From Vermamoeba vermiformis (taxonomy: Eukaryota): a stretch of DNA of 64,000 bases. The notes under the pieces were generated by a model. The model was not told the origin of the DNA. It was given only the letters and a program-made list of their open reading frames with translations, and did not search any database. Numbering within the stretch: position 1 is the stretch's first letter; each line of letters opens with the position of its first letter. Location: the NCBI GenBank assembly GCA_045837725.1, contig JBEWZL010000124.1, positions 62,001 through 126,000 on the forward strand, in the 5' to 3' direction. Shown piece by piece: positions 1 through 13,207 of this stretch. Made by a program: the position numbers and the translations under genes.

Positions 1-1988
1 ATCGACGGACTCGGTGTAGAAGCTGTAATAGTTCCACTCGTAGTTGTCGACGTAGCCACTGACCTTCTCAGCAAGGAACAAGTCACGGGTCACTAGGCAT
101 CAATAGTTAGTCCCGAGCACATCACTGACATAGCATAGTCATATTGATATATGAACTACTAGGCACGTACTTTGTTCGCAGTTTTGACCTCTGTAGCTAG
201 CATCGCATGCACAGTTGCTGCCAAAGATGCAACGGCCGTGAAGCGAGCACTTGGCCTCGCACTTTTGTTGAACAGCGCTGTTCAAGACCCAAGAGAAGCG
301 CGAGTCTCTGAAGGCGTAGAAACCAAAGTAGATCCATTGGTTGGCTACATCCACAATCTTCAAATCGAAGTTGTGCTTGATGCCAGTCTCGGCGTAGTCA
401 AAGTTAACGCGAGAGGGAACGCTTCCTTTCTATTTATAGCAATAAGACCGTTAGTATGAAATTAATAACAAGCGAAAGTTCTTTGGAAGATCGAGCAAGA
501 ATTTCATAAATTATTAAAAAACCCTCTTATATACCTTAACATAGATATCAACATCACTGTCGTTGGTCTCAGTAACGTTCCAGATGAGCTCGTTGGTAGT
601 AGGGCGGATCTTGAAGTACAACCAGCCGTACTTGGGGATCGAAACATCAGTAGCGGTATGAGGAGCAGTGATAGTGTTGACGGCTTTAAAACATTGTTAA
701 ACCACTTGCATGAAGTATGATATATCTCGTAGGACTTACTAACAGTGCAGTTAGCGCCTTCCCAAGGAGCATTGCAAACACATCTGCCAGCAACGCAATT
801 TCCGTGGCCATTGCAGTTATCAGGGCAACCGTCTATTGGTGGTTAGTATGTTATAGGTGCCTAGTATAACGTATATTCAAAGAAAATATGTTTGTAGTTG
901 ATAGACTAAGCTAAATTTCTTGAGTTAATTAGCCCGTGTAACGGTAACTTTTCAGATGGGATCTAAAATCTGGCTTGTAGCTCTTATTTTATGCATATTT
1001 GACTTATTATTATTTAATATGGCAATACTTTCATTTAATGATGCTATAAATAAGCTAATTGAAACTTACTGCTTGCGGCATCAGAGTGGAAGTTGATGGT
1101 GAAGTAAGTGTTCTTGAAACCGAAAATACCAATGTAGTACAAGTTGGTGTTGCTATTGATACAATATATAAGCAAAAAATCAAATAAATTATTTGCTTGC
1201 GAACCGCAGTTCAGAAATTTAGCTCGATCGACGAAAGTTTGAGAGATTTGCTTTGACTCGGAGTCGTAGCACTTACGCTTCAGCGGGAATAACAAGCGAG
1301 AAGCTCTTCTTAATGGTAATATCTCTCCAATCAAATTCGCTCAAAGTGGGCAATTGGTTGCGACGAACATACAAATCCGCATCACCTTTAAAAAAAATTT
1401 TCAGATCAGCCACTATAATCATTTGCTTCGCTTCTAAAACGATCTCAAATATTTTTGATCGACTTAATATATCAGTCAATATAATAATTACCATCGTTGG
1501 TTTCGTTCACGATAATGGTGACTGGATGGTTGAGGGAAGCTGGGGGCTTGTTAATAGCATAATAGAGCCATGTGCTGGCTTCAACATATTGACCGGTAAG
1601 TACACTGCCAAGAGTGACGTTCTGCAAAGCTGTAATAAGAGTTGTTAGGTCAATACTAGATTCGATCAGAAAATATTTTTGACAAGTATCTGAAATTATT
1701 ATTAAACGTGCATAATATTATTACTTGGCACAAATATCATAGTGCACGAAGAAATAATAATTATTAATAATTTCTGAGCTGTTATTTGATTCTGTAATTG
1801 TGCAAATCTGAATGTGGCTGTTGCTGCTTATGCTTACGAATAGAGCAATCGAGGCCGACTCTATTAGCAACACATGTGCATGAACCAGTTTGTTGATTGC
1901 AAGTGCCCATATTGGAGCAATTGTTCGGACAATCTCTGGCCAAAGCCAATCCGATAATAACGAGCACCACTAATACTTTTGCGAGCAT
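1..1988 (-). CDS. Secreted/surface tenascin-type EGF-repeat protein with alternating beta-sandwich (PPC-like) modules; 3' end outside window
   Basis: Signal peptide MLAKVLVVLVIIGLALA; EGF units CPNNCSNMGTC..CTC, CPDNCNGHGNC..CVC, CEAKCSLHGRC..CAC; spacer motif GDADLYVRRNQLPT; several GT-AG introns. Confidence 0.85.
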
Positions 1989-2244
1989 GATTCTAAGCAA
2001 GCTAAAATAATATTACTCTACTTGGTGCTAATAATATTATTACAGAACGAAAAAGACGGGTGTTCAAAGAAGAAAAAATATTGCCCAAATTTGAACTTTC
2101 GAGGTGAAAGTTTGGCACGTACTGAACACATCACAATAGCTGTTCTTATGGTTTGATAAGATATACTAATACACGGATGATATACCATAGAAGTTCGACG
2201 AGTTAAAAGCTATTTACAATTGAGATCGAGAGATGCAGTCGACC

Positions 2245-3645
2245 CTAACACCTACATCCACTCGAAGAATTCGAATTATCTTGATATGTTACAAATTCAT
2301 CATCGTTATTAGTCTTCTTATTGTTGTCAACCGTAAGCTTAATGTGGTTGCTAGAATTTGTTCGGATCGAGGGACTACTTTCGCCGGATGTGCTCGTCGT
2401 TCCACTGCTACCGTTATCGCTCCTTCGAATAGAGCTGCTAGAAGAGCTCGCCCTGATATTATTGCTGCTATTTGTAACCTCTGGCCGCTTCTCCTGAGGT
2501 CCAAAAAAGTGCGTGCCAACAATGTCAAACAAACTACAAAAAGAAGCATTAGAATACTGAGGTTAGCAAGATCTATCGTTTGTATTAGTGATATGTCTAA
2601 TTTCAACACGCGATATGATATACTTACGCATCTATGCCTTCACCAGTTCGAGCTGAAGTTTCCGCGTATTGAGCTCCGATGGAGGCAGCAAAACTTTTTG
2701 CAGTTTCAACGCTAACTGTTCGTAGTTGTGGATGTTCTTTGACCATGTCGACTATAGTATACTTATTAGTACGAGTGTTTTGAGGAAGCATTTATAAAGT
2801 TTAATTCATCGCGTACTTTTGGATCCGACCACTACTTTAAAGGCGTTTTCTGTTTGTCTATTGAGCATTTCTAAATATCTCGGAAGTTTTTCAAAGCTTG
2901 GTTTGGACGTTACATCTATTAATTAATAATATTAGAGCTTTGTATTCGAGTCGTAGCCTGGATTTCAAATTTCATTAAAAATTTGCTCTACCAAATACTA
3001 AAAGAGCCACGTGTGTATTTCGACAATAGAAGCTGATTAATGAATCATATTTTTCTATAATATAATGGCATTATTATTTTGTTTGAAGGCTATTTCGCCT
3101 CCAGATCGCAATTTATTTACCCTGCCCAGCAGTATCCTGCACGAATTTAATTAGCTATGAATGTTAAATATGTTGAAATATATAATATTGACTTACCCAT
3201 ACGCAGAAGATATAATCATACCACTTCTTAACGGCAAAGTGGGCTCCAATTGTCTGACATCCAAATTAAATCAGTCAACTTCGGGTTATTTGAAATTGAA
3301 TTATCGCGCATTATTTTCATATTCATTATTATTTAAATATGCACGATGATTTGGTTCTAAAAACGATGGTGCAGCTGCACTCTGATTTTGTGAGCGCCTT
3401 TTCTTATTTTCGAAATTACTTACAGATACTGTATTATTTACGAATTGATCTTGGACATATCTTTGAACCAAACACGTTTTGCCTATTAAATTAACGCCTC
3501 GATTAAAATTTATTTAGTAGCTAAAATTAAAACTAAAACAAATCCGGAACTTGGTTTATCAAAATCAGTGCTAATATCCTGACTTACCAACACCAACATC
3601 ACCAAGCGTGATGATTTTTAGATCGACTTTTGCTTGTGTGGTCAT
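2245..3645 (-). CDS. Rab-family small GTPase, Rab20-like
   Basis: Spliced G boxes GDVGVGKT, TIGA, WDTAGQ, GSKVD, ETSA; C-terminal CxC (GCRC); KKWYDYIFCVW and FYCR resemble Rab20. Confidence 0.88.
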
Positions 3646-3729
3646 TTGCAAGCAACGCAAATAAAATAAGTTTATTTTTTTGTTATTTACATAGTTACAC
3701 AGGGGTCACTTCTATATTTAGTTCTAGGT

Positions 3730-4023
3730 TCACCAATATTTGTTGTGACGCGATCGTCGAAGGAGCTCGTCCAACTTTTCGTTGATCTCCTCGATCTGGT
3801 AGTCGTTTGCATCCAACCTTTTGTTGAGGGCTTTAAAGTGTTTATCGTTTGAAGTTTTGAGCTCTTCGAACTTCTTGTCGTTCGTACTTTTGAGCTCATC
3901 TATTCGCTTCTCAAGGCCTTTAAGGGCCACATGGTTGCTGTGGATCGCATATTTCAGGCCGGTTAACTCTTGTCTCAGCGCTTCAGCTCTGTTTGAGGTT
4001 ATACCGAATAGAAAGTAATCCAT
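3730..4023 (-). CDS. Small intronless coiled-coil protein, function unknown
   Basis: 97-aa ORF with heptad/11-mer periodicity (KRIDELKSTNDKKFEELKTSNDKHF); paralog upstream. Confidence 0.65.
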   Translation of the reverse strand: MDYFLFGITSNRAEALRQELTGLKYAIHSNHVALKGLEKRIDELKSTNDKKFEELKTSNDKHFKALNKRLDANDYQIEEINEKLDELLRRSRHNKYW

Positions 4024-4102
4024 GGTTAGTATTACTTCGGATGATTGACTTGTGGTTTATCGTGAGTGTCTGAACATAAAAATTGCAGATTAATTGCAGG
4101 AC

Positions 4103-4491
4103 AAGAAAACCACCAAGATCCGCAAACAACAGCAAATTAGCGATCAACTGAGTTTACTTATAATACACAATATACAATATTTACAAACGATATTGAGTTT
4201 ACCACCGGCCACGACTGTTAGATTAAGTATTTACTTTAATCTTAATATTTCGGCGCGACGTGAACTCATCTACCTTTTTATTTATTTTAATGTTTAGTTT
4301 TAATTATACAACCTTTTCGGAGGGCACAAGTTTTGATCCTAACAGCGTTTTAGAGACGGGTGATTTTTATGTAAAAAAAGAGGAAGAAAACGACCAAGAT
4401 CCGCAAACAGCAGCAAATTAGCAAGCAACTGAGTTTACTTCTAATACACAATACACAATATTTACAAACGATACTGAGTCTACCACTGGCC
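4103..4491. repeat. Imperfect ~108-bp direct repeat (4103-4210 and 4384-4491)
   Basis: aagaaaac..ccaagatccgcaaaca.cagcaaattagc..caactgagtttactt.taatacacaata.acaatatttacaaacgata.tgagt.taccac.ggcc occurs twice. Confidence 0.9.
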
Positions 4492-4735
4492 GATGCAAGC
4501 CTTTCGACCTTGGACTCAAGTTTCTCAACTCGATTGCACAAGTTGTTGACCGTAGCTATCAGCTGGTCAAGCTTGTTGTTCATTAGGTCGAACTTGCCGT
4601 TCATTTGGTCGAACTTGAGGTCGGCCTTGCTGTTGGTAGCGTCGATCTTAATTCGAGCTTCCCGATTGGGTTCTCGAATCTCTCCTCAAGAAGTTTCGCC
4701 CTGTTCGAGGATACGCTGAAAGGAAAAAAATTCAT
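4480..4735 (-). pseudogene. Frameshifted paralog of the 3730-4023 coiled-coil gene
   Basis: N-terminus MNFFPFSVSSNRAKLL vs MDYFLFGITSNRAEAL; coiled-coil continues in another frame after ~4650 (KIDATNSKADLKFDQMNGKFDLMNNKLDQL). Confidence 0.6.
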
Positions 4736-6104
4736 TATTTGCTGTTGTGGTTGTTGGTTGTAGTTGGTGAACGAAGAAAAGATCTTCGAAAAAAATGCAC
4801 CGAAAATGTTGTGAACTTCTTCAATGTTTAACTTACTTGAGTACCCTTTCGATTGCAACTGTGACGACCACTCCAGTGGCAGGACCAATGATTTTCTCGA
4901 CGTTTATGGCGCATGAACCGCCAGATCCTTTTGATGAAGCGCTGAAGGAGTGCCAAAGCGCGGCGTAGTATGGATGTTGCTTAGGATTATCCAATATTGC
5001 AGGGCGTCGAGTTTCATGTCGAATCTGTTAGCTTTTTCGCTCCTGGTGGTCGTTACTTTCACCTGCACTCAGTCAATCTTAACTGCAAATTGACCGATCC
5101 GATTCTTGAGTATCCCCTCAAAAAATTTTGGTCTGCTTAGGAAATTCTCGAATATCTAGTACAATATCTCAATAAGGAATTATACTATTGGTCAGCTAAG
5201 AAATAGGACAAGATTTTTGAGCTCTACGAACGAATGAAGATCGAGTTCGAACGCGAAGTCTTCTATAGTAAGAAGCTCATAATATATATATACTATAAAT
5301 GCGAAATAATAGTATTTCGAGGTAGAAGGCCGAAAGTGAGGCTCAAAGTTGGATTTGACCGCCAAAAAAAGTTCGAAATTCAATTTCGATCCAGATGATT
5401 TTAATAATTTCAAATAACCTTATAAATTGTTTAATATATCGTATAGATGTCAATTTGAGGCTTTGATGAATTTTTAAAAACTTATGGACCGACCTGAAAA
5501 CGCATCGGGTTTCGTACTGGCCTGGAATTCAGAAAGACGAAGCCGCAACCAGTCTCTAGTCTATAATATAATTTTTTAAATAGCTAATAACCACATTCTA
5601 AACACTTACGGCGCTATTCGGGGTTGCTGGCAAAGGTTGAGTCCGATGTGGGCGCTTAAACACCTAGCCAGGAGAGATATGAGCAGCAAGTAGTCCATTC
5701 AAGCTTATCGCGAAGTTTTGTCAACACATTCCGTACTGTCGAAGAATAAGGAGTGGTTGTTGACTAGCGCGAGAGCAGAAAAATGAACTTCAAAAAACAA
5801 CTATTATTTTAATATTCAAGTTTAGTTTTTGAATATGTGCGGCCCATTAAAATGATCGATTAATTACCTTGAATACTTATTGACATTGTAAATCTTCTCT
5901 CTTACAGCTAACCAATAATTTCATAAGAAGATTTGCGCGCCAAATAAAATACTTTACTTCAAATGGCTCCTTTAGACATTCTATCACAATGACTGAAATG
6001 TAGTATCGAAGAGAGTGTGCATAAACCACATGGTGTTGCAGAAAACGTCAAACAAAAAAAATCCTGGTTCTGATCACCACAAAAACCTCCACCAAACCGC
6101 CACA

Positions 6105-7343
6105 ATGAAAAGAAAATTATCTGACAGCAACGACGATAGACTGGTAAAGCGAGCACGAGTGAGTCTGAATGCGAGACTTTTCGCAATTTATTTAATTAAT
6201 GGATTTTACAGATCCCTTGGAGAACGACGTCTGCTGCCCTGAATTACCATCCGAAATATGGTTTACTATATTAGAAGCACTTATAATACATTGCTATGAT
6301 CGTAAGCATTGTGCTTATTTTGCCTGGATCGAGCTAGCACTATTGAGCAGCACCTCCAAACGACTTCTATCGGAGTGCCAAAAATTCAAGCAAATCAAGT
6401 CCTTAGTACCTGAGGAACAACCCAGTGCCTTTTCATTCAAGAACTATTTTGCCGGACTCTGCTCGATAAGCTGTCTCAAGTACGCGCACGAACGAGGTGT
6501 CAAAATGGGCCCACACCACTGTCATATTGTTATCGGGAGAGGCAATATAGAGTGTCTCAAGTATTTGCTGAGCATTGGAACACCTGCCGGAGAACACCTT
6601 GAGCTAACTGCGTGTCATGCACCTCTCGAATGCGTCAAGTTTGTCTATGAGTATCAAGGAGGTCAGTAACTCACCAAGTCCTCGCAATGCACTCATCGTT
6701 TATAAATAGGCAAGTGGCGCCAGCCACATCGGATTTGTAGTAGTGCAGCTTCTAGCAAGCAGCTAGACGTCTTAAAGTTTGTTCATGAAAACGGAGGTAC
6801 GCAAACAACACTAGCGACGTGTACTAAGCAGCGCTGCGTATTGTAGGTGAATGGAACGTTAAAGTTTGTGAAGAGATAGCGAAGCACGGTCGATTGGACA
6901 TGCTTCAGTACGCACGCGATCACGGCTGTCCGTGGAACGATGAAGTCTATTGTGAAGCAGCATTCCACGGACGCGTTCACATCCTGAAGTACGCTCTTGA
7001 GAATGGATGTAAGTTCAGTGAGTTAGTTGGGCAAAGCAATCTGATAGCATTTGCTCATTGATCAGGTCCGTGGAACTACCCCGCACAAGAAAGTTGCTTC
7101 CGTCGTGCAACCTCACAAGGGCATCTAGACGCACTGAAGTACCTACGCCAAATCTGCGGCTTTTGGTGCAGTGCGACCTGCATAATTGCGGCCAGGGATG
7201 ATCAACTCGAGTGCTTGATCTACGCACGTCAGCATGGAGCTGAATGGGATCGCGATGCGGTAGTTACTGTTGCAGAGAACAATGGCAGTAAGAAGGTTCT
7301 CGAGTATCTCCAAAGCGAGTTGGCTGATATTGCAAATAAATAA
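6105..7343 (+). CDS. F-box-like + ankyrin-repeat protein (CLKYAHENGCPW-type repeats)
   Basis: Five exons join in frame; ELPSEIWFTIL F-box-like start; repeats CLKYAHERG, LDMLQYARDHGCPW, ILKYALENGCPW, LECLIYARQHGAEW. Confidence 0.85.
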
Positions 7344-7580
7344 TAATCAGCTTACACATGTTTACCAGTATTGCTTCATATATTGTCGAGTTAGTAAAAT
7401 GCAAGTTCTTCTGCCAAGGATTGACCTTGGGTGAGCAACGCGAGTGCGAGCGGCTTGCAGGGCACACGTATGTTAAATATCTGCACGTAGTCAAGTAGGG
7501 TAATTAAATATTTAAATAGGCCTATTAAATTAACGCACTACAATAGTAAACGAGAGATATTGGATTCATAGCACTTAAGC

Positions 7581-10500
7581 TTAATCGAACTCTACGAGAT
7601 ATTGCATGTATTGCTGGTTTTGCTTGTATATCGCAAACTCTGTTAAAATGACGAAATTAGCCGAGCAGCTCTACAGTAATTAAATTAACTATCATTACCG
7701 TCATCTTGGAATTCAGTATCATCGGCTCTGGGGTCTCCGTGAATCGAATCGTAACCCTTTGGAGGCGCTTCAATTTTGCCGTCCTACATCCGGAGTTAGC
7801 GCCGATTCTAAATTAAGTCGTATATGCCTCTGAATAGAAGTATTTTATTATACTTGCCTGCTTGACTTGATCATAGACTTTTCCAAGCGCAACACGGGCT
7901 AACAAGAAGAACGAAGTGCCCTTGGATCCGGGGTGGCAGTACTGACCACTGGTCTCGAAACAATCGCCAAAGTAAATACCTGAGCGATATATTAGCGACA
8001 TATAATATATAAAGAAAAGGGTAGAAGTATATTTTTACCTTTTCCGAGCCAGCCAAAGTCAGTTCTGGGAATGCCCATTGCGGTCACAGCTTGCGGCATC
8101 AAAATACCACGAGACAACAAACCGACCCAGTTCTAATATAACAAAGTTAATATTATCAGCATACTGTAATATTATCAATATACTATGATTATAGTATTGC
8201 TTGGTGATTACGTACCGAAATTCTGGATCCGTGGTAGAGCAGTCTTTCGTTGCCGATCTTTTTAGCGAAAGCTTTGCGCTCTTCAGCACGATTGACGGTG
8301 TAGATATTAACGAGGTTGTAGAATCCGGACAAATCATCTTCGGTCATATCTTTCATGCTCTGCGCGTACTCCTTGCGCTCGTCTTCGTCCATGTTCTTGT
8401 CGTTGATGTGTTGCTGGATGTCGGCACTTTCGATCAAGTAGCGCAAGACTTCCTTGTACTCGTCGCTGTCCTTGTCCAAGCATTCAATCTTGTTGTTGAG
8501 CGCGTCGTATTTGGCGTCTAAAAGAAAATTAAAATGATGCGTTTAAGCAGATTCGGATCTGGTTACTAACCAATGTCTTCATCGAACAAGACGTTTCCTT
8601 GCTCTCCACTGTTGACATTAACCATGTCTCGCATGAGCTGCAGCAGTTCCTCCTTTTCTTTGTACATCTCTTCAGTCTTGATGATGGCGGAGCGGATTGC
8701 GTCTTTAGTTCTGCCAATTTTGTGAGGGATACTACGTAGTTATTGTTAGTGGTGCGTATTAATAGTACGTAGTATATATAGATTATTTACATGGTATAGA
8801 ACTCGCTAGAAAGTTGTTCCAGTTCCTTATCCTTATTGCCCTTCTTTTTAAGCGATGCATAGATCTTCTGCAACACTTCTTCGCCTTTCTCGACCTGATC
8901 GAGGGTCAAAGTACCCAAAGGGGTCATAATACCGTCCTCTGAAAAACGAGGTGAGTTAGTTAGATCCCGTTACAAAAGCTAGCCAAAATAAATTTACCAG
9001 TAATTTCGACGGATACTTTGTTGGTAAGAGAGCTCGTAGCTTCCTCGTAGATGTAGCGAACGAGTTCTTGAACCTGAATTAATTACTAGTTAGCGCATCC
9101 AGAATTATTTAGTAAATTTGAAATTTACCTCAGGAGAAAGCTTTGATTTGCTTGAAGCACTCTTCTTGACATCTTTCTTCGCAGCTGGCTTGTTGCCGCC
9201 AGAAGTTGGCTTTTCGCCGCGGCCTTGAGTTGCTTTGGCCTTATCCGATCCGATCTTGGTTGTCGCCAATTGAATCGGCTTGTAGCCCTTCTTAGCCGAT
9301 GTCTTCTCCTTATAGATTGTTACGAAGCCAGCCTACAATGTACGAATAAATTAAGACCTGGTATTGAAAGGAGATAGGTGGATCGGGCTTACAATGGCGT
9401 CGTCCAAATCGTCATAATAACGAGTTTCTTTTTGGCCGGCATCAGGGTTGGTATGCAAGTCATCAGTTCGACCATAATGAGTGTAGAGCTATAGAAACAA
9501 ACGAAATGAGTAAATTTTGGTCAAACTTTGGTCAACGAAGAAAAATTTAGTTGTGGCGATCAAAACGTACTCTGAAAGTCTCTTTCTTGCCAACTTTAGC
9601 GGTGTGCAATTCAAGGGCGTAGTATTTGTTGTGATTGCTCTTGAAGTCAGTAACTTGCAACGTAACGCTGTCGTAGATCTCGAAGTCGCTCGGGAATGAC
9701 GGCTCGCCTGCAGCACCAGCCTTGTAGGACTTGACCTTGGAGCCTCTTCCTTTAACTTCATCGATCTTGATGCGCTTGAGAGGACCACCTAAATCCAAGT
9801 CAATATGTTTCATGCACTTTTGCCACTGGTAGATCGGCAGGCTTCTTTGTGCGTTGCATAATTCGAGCCGATAAAGAGTTAAGTATTTTTAATAGCTTAC
9901 CAGTTTCGCTGAATCCAGAATCAGGGGCAGCACGTTTCTTTGAGGCAGTAGCTTTAGGTTTTTCTTCTTCCTCGGATTTTTCCTCCATTTCCTCGTCTTC
10001 GTCTTCATCCTCTACAGGCTCGGGCTCTTTATTCTTTTTAGAAGGTGCTTTGGCTTTAGCAGCGCTTGGCTTGACTGCGGCAGGCTTTGGTGCGGCCTTC
10101 TTCGGTTTTACATCCTGACAAATCAGATGAGAAAGAAACAAACAAACATATGTAAGACAGAGTTACGTTGGCTAGGAGGTATAATTTACTATATAGCAAT
10201 CCTATGTTGTTATTTACCTCGTTCAAAAGATAATCTTCGTGGTTGACAGATTCACCGGCAAGTAAATCAATAACAAAATCAATGGACACAATAGGCGTGC
10301 CATTCTTAATAGCGTCATTGACCTTGCCCGTGGGACTCTCAACTTCCTGTTCGGTAGTAACAAGATGCGTTGTGGCTTTGGTTACAGTCGTTGACACGCT
10401 ACCACCTATAATACGCAATAATGCAGGTTAGTATTTTATATAATTTTGAAGCGTTAATTTGATTTTTTTGGAGACTTTGGGAATTAAATTGAATTAACTG

Positions 10501-10691
10501 AAAGGGATCGCGGTTGAAATAACAGTCCCATTACTCGTAATAATTACGATCTTGTATATATACTAACCAGCTGCTTTAATTAGCTTCGTGTATTCGTCGC
10601 GCGTCTTGTAAAACTTGCCACTAAGGCAGAAAGTGAAATCTGACAAATCTGCTTCAGCCTTTTTAGGCGCTGGTTTCTTCTTTGGTGGCAT
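7581..10691 (-). CDS. Poly(ADP-ribose) polymerase (BRCT-WGR-regulatory-catalytic)
   Basis: BRCT (FCLSG..GG..TKATTHLVT); WGR-like (NKYYALELH..THYGR); TPLGTL; catalytic LLYHGS, GIYFGD, LARVALG and spliced DDEFAIY. Confidence 0.92.
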
Positions 10692-10923
10692 TAGCGGCTA
10701 ACGTGCTATCAATCTCAAAATTACAGAGAGATAAAACAGATATTTTGGGCGATTGAATTGTTTAGCGGAAAAGACAACCAAAAATACGCGGGAAGGGAAA
10801 TTCACCAAAAGCACGCGCTGATAAATATTTTGCCGTTTAGTACACAAAGAGCACTGGGAGGTAGTTGTCATCATACTATTATTTTTGGTTGTTAATTGTT
10901 CATAATACTATATTGTTAGAGAG

Positions 10924-13207
10924 ATGCAGCGATCCATCCTGATCTTCGTTATCGGGGTTCTTGGAGCCATAGCCGCTTCAATAGAGCTAAATAACAAGCG
11001 CATAGTATTATCTAAAATGGAGGGATGGCCGCAAGATTGGAGTAGAATTTCAGGATCGGCTCCAAACGAAAAAATTTCATTTGTAATAGCGTTGAAGCAA
11101 AATAATTTGGATGTTTTACAGGTAATTTCGATATTTTAATTTGTATCTTTATAATTCGATAAAGTGCATCCACGCTCCGATGAAATTTTCAATTGACAAT
11201 TTCCTTAACTAGGCTAAATTCAATCGTGTTAGTGATCCCACGAGCGCTGAATATGGATTATATTTAACGAAGGAGCAAATTCATCAAATTGTAGCGCCAA
11301 CACCCGCAGTACAAAAATTATTGGTGGATTGGCTTAGCGACAATGGTTTAACGCTCAACAGCGACTACACTATTGAAGGAGATGTCATTATTGTCCAAAC
11401 CAACGTCGCTAAAGCCGAGAAGTTATTCGAGACCGAGCTACAAGCATTCAAGAAAGACGACAAAAGTAAGCAGCTGCATCCGCTAAAAAAATCGCCGTGG
11501 ATTAACATAATAATTATCGCAGTTATTCATCGAGTACAAGGAGTATACTCTATCCCTAGCCATCTTTCAGCTCATATCTCTTTCGTTAGTGGTCTCACGA
11601 ATTTTCCAAGGCGAACGCAGGCCCAATTTTATCGTACAAAACGAGCTACAATGGACGAACCGGTACATGTGCCTTATTCTCTGAAAAATCAGTACAATAT
11701 GCCGCAGAATCTAGTTAATAGAAGTCCTAAAAATAGCCAAGCCGTAGTTCAGTTCATCAAATCGCATTCATTCAATTATGCGGATCTGTATCAGTTCGAA
11801 AAGGCCAATAACTTGCCTAATGTAAGCATTAAGACATTAGGACCTTTTACTGGCAACAATCTGGAGAGTACTTTAGACATCCAATACATTACTGGCATTG
11901 GTGTGGGAGGTAATGTTGATCACGTGACATTTTCATCAGTTTGACTTTTATTGACCAAACTTGCTACAGTTCCCACGTTGTTTTGGACTTTAGATGATTG
12001 GATCTATGAATTTTCGATACAACTTTCAGCAATGTCGTCACCGCCTCTTGTTGTGTCGGTCAGTTGGGACAGCGATGAAAGAGATATTTGTGACTCGACT
12101 ACCAATCCCACTTATAATTGTCAAGGACTTGGAATTAACAATCAAACTTACGTTGATCGAATCAACACCGAGTTCATGAAAGTAGGTTTGAGGGGTGTCA
12201 CGTTGATCGTCTCGAGGTAAGCCATTACAATTATTTCGAATACTGTTACTAATGCAATTGGTTCATAGTGGTGACTACGGCGTGTCGGGTGCAGATGGCT
12301 GCGATCCTACTCCATTAAACCCCTACTTCCCTGCATCATCGCCCTACGTCACTTCAGTGGGTGCGACGCACATCTACAGTGAGCCGAGTCGTGCTCATAG
12401 TAATGGCGCTAAGGACTTGCCGCCTGTGTGCAAACAGGTGTATAATTGCAGCACACCCGGATCTGAAGTCGGAGAAAATTGGTCTGGCGGAGGATTTGCT
12501 ATTTATTCCGACATGCCGAACTATCAGAAGAGCGCTGTACAGCAGTACTTGAAGACACCTAGTATTGGGTTCCCCGACAAGTCCTTGTTCAATACATCAA
12601 AGAGAGCATACCCTGGTAGGTTCCTTCTAAATTAGGAAAGCCACGCATTTTCAGGACGCGATATCACCTACGCTATGAATTATAAGTGATCTAATCTGTA
12701 GCTAATTAGATATTTCCTTAAATGGACATAATTTCTTGTTGTACACTGGTGGTTCCTGGGGGATTGTCGATGGCACATCAGGAAGCGCACCAGTGTTAGG
12801 CGGTACGAGTCATGATTCGTCCTGCGAGGTTATTGCTAATGAAAAATATTAATAGGAATGATTGCAATGATAAACGACTGGCGATTGAGCAACAACAAAC
12901 CTCCGCTTGGTTTCTTCAATCCGCTGTTGTACCAGATGTACCAACAGGCACCGAACGCGTTCACAGATATGACTCAGGGAATTAACTCTTGCATGATAAT
13001 CGGCTCCTGCTGTCAAACTGGATTTTCAGGTGCGTACTGATTAACGAATCAATTTTATTTAGCTAATTTTTTTTCCTATTTGTAGCGGCAACAGGTTGGG
13101 ACGCTGTTACTGGTGTAGGAACTCCTAACTTCTCAAACATGCTTCAATATATTCAATCGATCAACAACCCAGCGTGGAGCACGGACGGAATTAATTTTGA
13201 GATCTAG
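10924..13207 (+). CDS. Tripeptidyl-peptidase I / sedolisin (peptidase S53)
   Basis: Signal peptide and prodomain (ALKQNNL..VSDPTSAEYG); ESTLDIQY, SSGDYG, FPASSPYVTSVG, RAYPD, DGTSGSAP, LGFFNPLLY, GWDAVTGVGTPNF. Confidence 0.95.

Noticed and set aside
2233..2715. 160-aa plus-strand ORF
   Set aside because: Antisense shadow of the low-complexity Rab tail
5620..5690. Imperfect long hairpin (CTGGC..GCCAG) in intergenic DNA
   Set aside because: Many bulges and no family motif; compatible with chance
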